Below are positions 23,645 through 26,282 of a stretch of 26,282 nt of DNA, in pieces. Made by a program: the position numbers and the translations under genes. Origin of the DNA: Candidatus Eiseniibacteriota bacterium (lineage in GTDB: Bacteria > Eisenbacteria > RBG-16-71-46 > JABDJR01 > JAWXBZ01); contig JAWXBZ010000063.1 in the NCBI GenBank assembly GCA_034440375.1, positions 1-26,282 of the forward strand, given 5' to 3'. Numbering within the stretch: the first letter of the stretch is position 1; each line of letters opens with the position of its first letter. Below the pieces are notes generated by a model. That model was not told the DNA's origin and did not search any database. It saw only the letters and a list, made by a program, of their open reading frames with translations.

Positions 23645-26253
23645 CGCCGCTTCCCCATGTTTCCGTTCAAATAGAGGCGGCGAAGGCGATCCAGTTCACC
23701 CAAAGCCTCGATCGGCGTCAGAGTTTCCGGGTTGAGCCGGACCAGTTCGGCCAGAACCTCCTCCCCCGGCGGCTCGAACAGGTCAAGCTGAGGTTTTGCC
23801 TCCTCGTTCACACTGTCCTCCACCCGGTCAAGGCGGCCCGCCTCCAGGTGCTCCAGCACCTCGCGGGCGCGGGCGAGGACGGCCTCGGGCAGACCGGCCA
23901 AACGTGCCACCTGGATGCCGTACGAGCGATCCGCGGCACCGGCCACGATCTTGTGCAGGAAGTGAACCTGATCGTTCCATTCCCGCACCTGCACGTTCAG
24001 GTTGACGACCCGCGGTAAATCGCGCGCCAGGTGGGTCAATTCATGATAGTGCGTGGCGAACAGCGTGCGCGGACGTCCGGGGGTTCCCTCGTGAAGGTAC
24101 TCGGTCACGGCCCAGGCGATCGACAGCCCGTCAAACGTGGAGGTCCCCCGCCCAACTTCATCCAGCACCACCAGGCTCCGGTCCGTGGCATTGCGAAGGA
24201 TCGCGGCGGTTTCCTGCATTTCGACCATGAAGGTCGAACGCCCGCGGGCAATCGAGTCGCTGGCACCGATCCGGGTGAAGATGCGGTCGACGATCCCGAT
24301 GGTCGCAGCCGATGCCGGTACGAACGACCCGACCTGGGCCATGAGGACGATCAGTGCCGTCTGTCGGAGATAGGTTGACTTTCCGGCCATGTTGGGACCG
24401 GTGATGAGGAGGATCTGTCGCTCGCCGTCATCCATGTCAATGTCGTTGGGGACGAACTGTCCCGACGGTAGAAGGCGGGCCACCACGGGGTGGCGACCGT
24501 CCCGGATTCGGAGCATCGGGCGATCAACCATCGTAGGCCGGACGAAGCTCTGTTCGCGGGCCGCCGTGGCCAGGGCCAGCAGCGCATCCAGCTCGGCCAG
24601 GGCCGCCGCGGTGGCACGAATGGCCACGGCCTCCGCCACGACTTCTTCGCGCAGAGCGCGGAACAGTTCGCTCTCGAGTTTCCGGATCCGATCCTCGGCG
24701 CCAAGAACACGGGCCTCCTGCTCCTTGAGGTCGGGCGTGACGTAGCGTTCGGCGTTCACCAGGGTCTGCTTGCGAATGTAATCGTCCGGCACGAGGCCCT
24801 TGTGCGTATTGGTGATTTCCAGGTAGTAGCCGAACACCTTGTTGAAGCCGACCTTGAGAGACGGAATGCCCGTTCGCTCCCGCTCACGACTCTGAAGTGC
24901 GGCGATCCACTCCTTGCCGGAGAGATTACCTCGGCGGAGTTCGTCCAGCTCCGGGTGGAAGCCATCCCGGAAGACTCCGCCATCGGCGATCGTGGCCGGG
25001 GGGTCATCGATCAGCGCCCCGAGAAGCCGCCTTCCCAGGTCCGACAGGTCGGTGATATCGGCGGCCAGAAGCGCCAGGCGCTCCGCCTGGAAGACGCCCC
25101 CCACCCGGCGCAGGTCGACCGTGCGAACCGAAGTCTGACCGATTGCCGAGAGGTCCCGCGGGCTGGCCTTGCCGCAGGCGGCCCGGCCCAGAAGCCGTTC
25201 CAGGTCGTGAGCGGCGCCGAGGAGGTCGGCCAGTTCGTCCGCAATCACGGTTCGGGCGATGAAATCGGCCAGGGCATCATGGCGCGCCTCGATGGCCGGG
25301 CGGTCGAGCAATGGCTGCTCCAGCCAGGAACGCAACCGCCGCCCCCCGGGTGCCGTCCGCGTCCGGTCGAGGATATGCAGCAGCGATGTATCCGGGCCGT
25401 CGAACGCCGGTTTCAGAATCTCGAGATTTCGGCGGGTCGCCTCGTCCAGGAACATGGTGCTGCCGGTATCGATCCGCCGGACGCTGGTCAGGTGCCGCAG
25501 TTCGTTGTGCCGGACCTCCTTCAAATATCGGAGGAGCGCCCCCGCCGCGCCGAGGGCCGGTCCGGACACCTCGAGGCCAAGCCCCTCGAGACCATGAAGA
25601 CCGAAGTGAGCCTCGAGGGTCGACTGTCCTTCCGCCAGCGCGAATTGCCAGCCGGGGCGGCGGGTCAGGAGACGCTCGTCCAGCGCTGCCGAAAGCTCCG
25701 GAGTCGGCTCCCACTCCTCGGCCAGCAGGACTTCCCGGGGCTCGAACCGCTCGAGGTACTCCGACAATCGTTCGATCGGGGCTTCATCCACGGCGAACTC
25801 ACCCGTCGAGACATCGGCCACCGCCACACCGACCATTCCCTTGATGACCGCCACCGACAGGAGAAAGTTGTTCTCCCGTTCGGTCAGAAGTCCCTCGGCC
25901 AGCGCCGTGCCCGGCGTCACGACTTCGGTCACGGCCCGGTCGACGAGTCCCTTGGCCTGAGCCGCGTCTCCGACCTGATCGCAAACCACCACGCGATGAC
26001 CGGCCCGGATCAATCGTGCGATGTAGCGCTCCGAGGCATGCCACGGCACGCCGGCCATCGGAACGGGGTTCTCGCTGTTTCGGTCGCGGGTGGTGAGAGT
26101 CAGTCCGAGGACACGCGAGGCCGTGACGGCGTCCTCGAAAAACATCTCGTAGAAATCGCCCATCCGGAAAAAGAGGATGGCGTCGGGATTCGCGTCCTTG
26201 ATCCCACGGTACTGACGCATCATCGGCGTCAGTTTTTCGAGCGTCACACTCAC
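23641..26253 (-). CDS. mutS: DNA mismatch repair protein MutS
   Basis: TPMMRQY, FFRMGDFYEMFFEDA, Walker A ITGPNMAGKSTYLRQ, STFMVEM, LDEVGRGTST, FATHYHEL, SYGIQVARLAGLP; beta-clamp-like QLDLF. Confidence 0.98.
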   Translation of the reverse strand: MSVTLEKLTPMMRQYRGIKDANPDAILFFRMGDFYEMFFEDAVTASRVLGLTLTTRDRNSENPVPMAGVPWHASERYIARLIRAGHRVVVCDQVGDAAQAKGLVDRAVTEVVTPGTALAEGLLTERENNFLLSVAVIKGMVGVAVADVSTGEFAVDEAPIERLSEYLERFEPREVLLAEEWEPTPELSAALDERLLTRRPGWQFALAEGQSTLEAHFGLHGLEGLGLEVSGPALGAAGALLRYLKEVRHNELRHLTSVRRIDTGSTMFLDEATRRNLEILKPAFDGPDTSLLHILDRTRTAPGGRRLRSWLEQPLLDRPAIEARHDALADFIARTVIADELADLLGAAHDLERLLGRAACGKASPRDLSAIGQTSVRTVDLRRVGGVFQAERLALLAADITDLSDLGRRLLGALIDDPPATIADGGVFRDGFHPELDELRRGNLSGKEWIAALQSRERERTGIPSLKVGFNKVFGYYLEITNTHKGLVPDDYIRKQTLVNAERYVTPDLKEQEARVLGAEDRIRKLESELFRALREEVVAEAVAIRATAAALAELDALLALATAAREQSFVRPTMVDRPMLRIRDGRHPVVARLLPSGQFVPNDIDMDDGERQILLITGPNMAGKSTYLRQTALIVLMAQVGSFVPASAATIGIVDRIFTRIGASDSIARGRSTFMVEMQETAAILRNATDRSLVVLDEVGRGTSTFDGLSIAWAVTEYLHEGTPGRPRTLFATHYHELTHLARDLPRVVNLNVQVREWNDQVHFLHKIVAGAADRSYGIQVARLAGLPEAVLARAREVLEHLEAGRLDRVEDSVNEEAKPQLDLFEPPGEEVLAELVRLNPETLTPIEALGELDRLRRLYLNGNMGKRR

Positions 26254-26282
26254 GGCTCGACCAGCGAGTACCGCAATCCCAG
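26250..26282 (-). CDS. 3' end of an upstream gene (partial)
   Basis: Open frame LGLRYSLVEP-stop whose TGA overlaps the mutS GTG (GTGA), the same coupling seen across the window. Only 11 codons are visible. Confidence 0.35.
   Translation of the reverse strand: MGLRYSLVEP

Noticed and set aside
1-26282. CRISPR arrays, IS/transposases, integrases, prophage or defence genes
   Set aside because: No regularly spaced repeats or corresponding protein motifs were seen by eye.

Overview
GC-rich bacterial chromosomal window, mostly minus-strand, with many 4-nt stop/start overlaps. The gene content (PorV-family barrel, two secreted proteins with T9SS/FlgD-Ig-type C-terminal domains, full bacillithiol pathway, BMC shell genes) suggests a non-Bacteroidota FCB-group organism such as Eisenbacteria/Latescibacterota; this is inference only. 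Read right to left on the minus strand: mutS; a near-consensus sigma70 promoter and a ~150-nt rod-shaped candidate ncRNA (6S-like); a lipoprotein; a tightly coupled trxA-mrp-methyltransferase-bshC-bshB1-bshA operon; pgeF/yfiH wedged in antisense; GT-C/TPR glycosyltransferase; PAP2 phosphatase; M6 metalloprotease and a beta-propeller-like protein; a sigma54-type promoter followed by a ~200-nt switchable RNA leader with terminator/antiterminator in front of an isolated BMC-P + BMC-T pair and sppA; PilZ protein; PorV-family protein; a degenerate glgD-like paralogue and glgC; then mltD on the plus strand, divergent from a BON-like protein and a TPR protein. The most interesting items are the two unannotated structured RNAs, the likely N-methyl-bacillithiol operon linked to Fe-S/thioredoxin genes, and the minimal BMC satellite locus. 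No mobile elements, CRISPR arrays, tRNA or rRNA were seen. All RNA pairings and promoters were found by eye, not computed.
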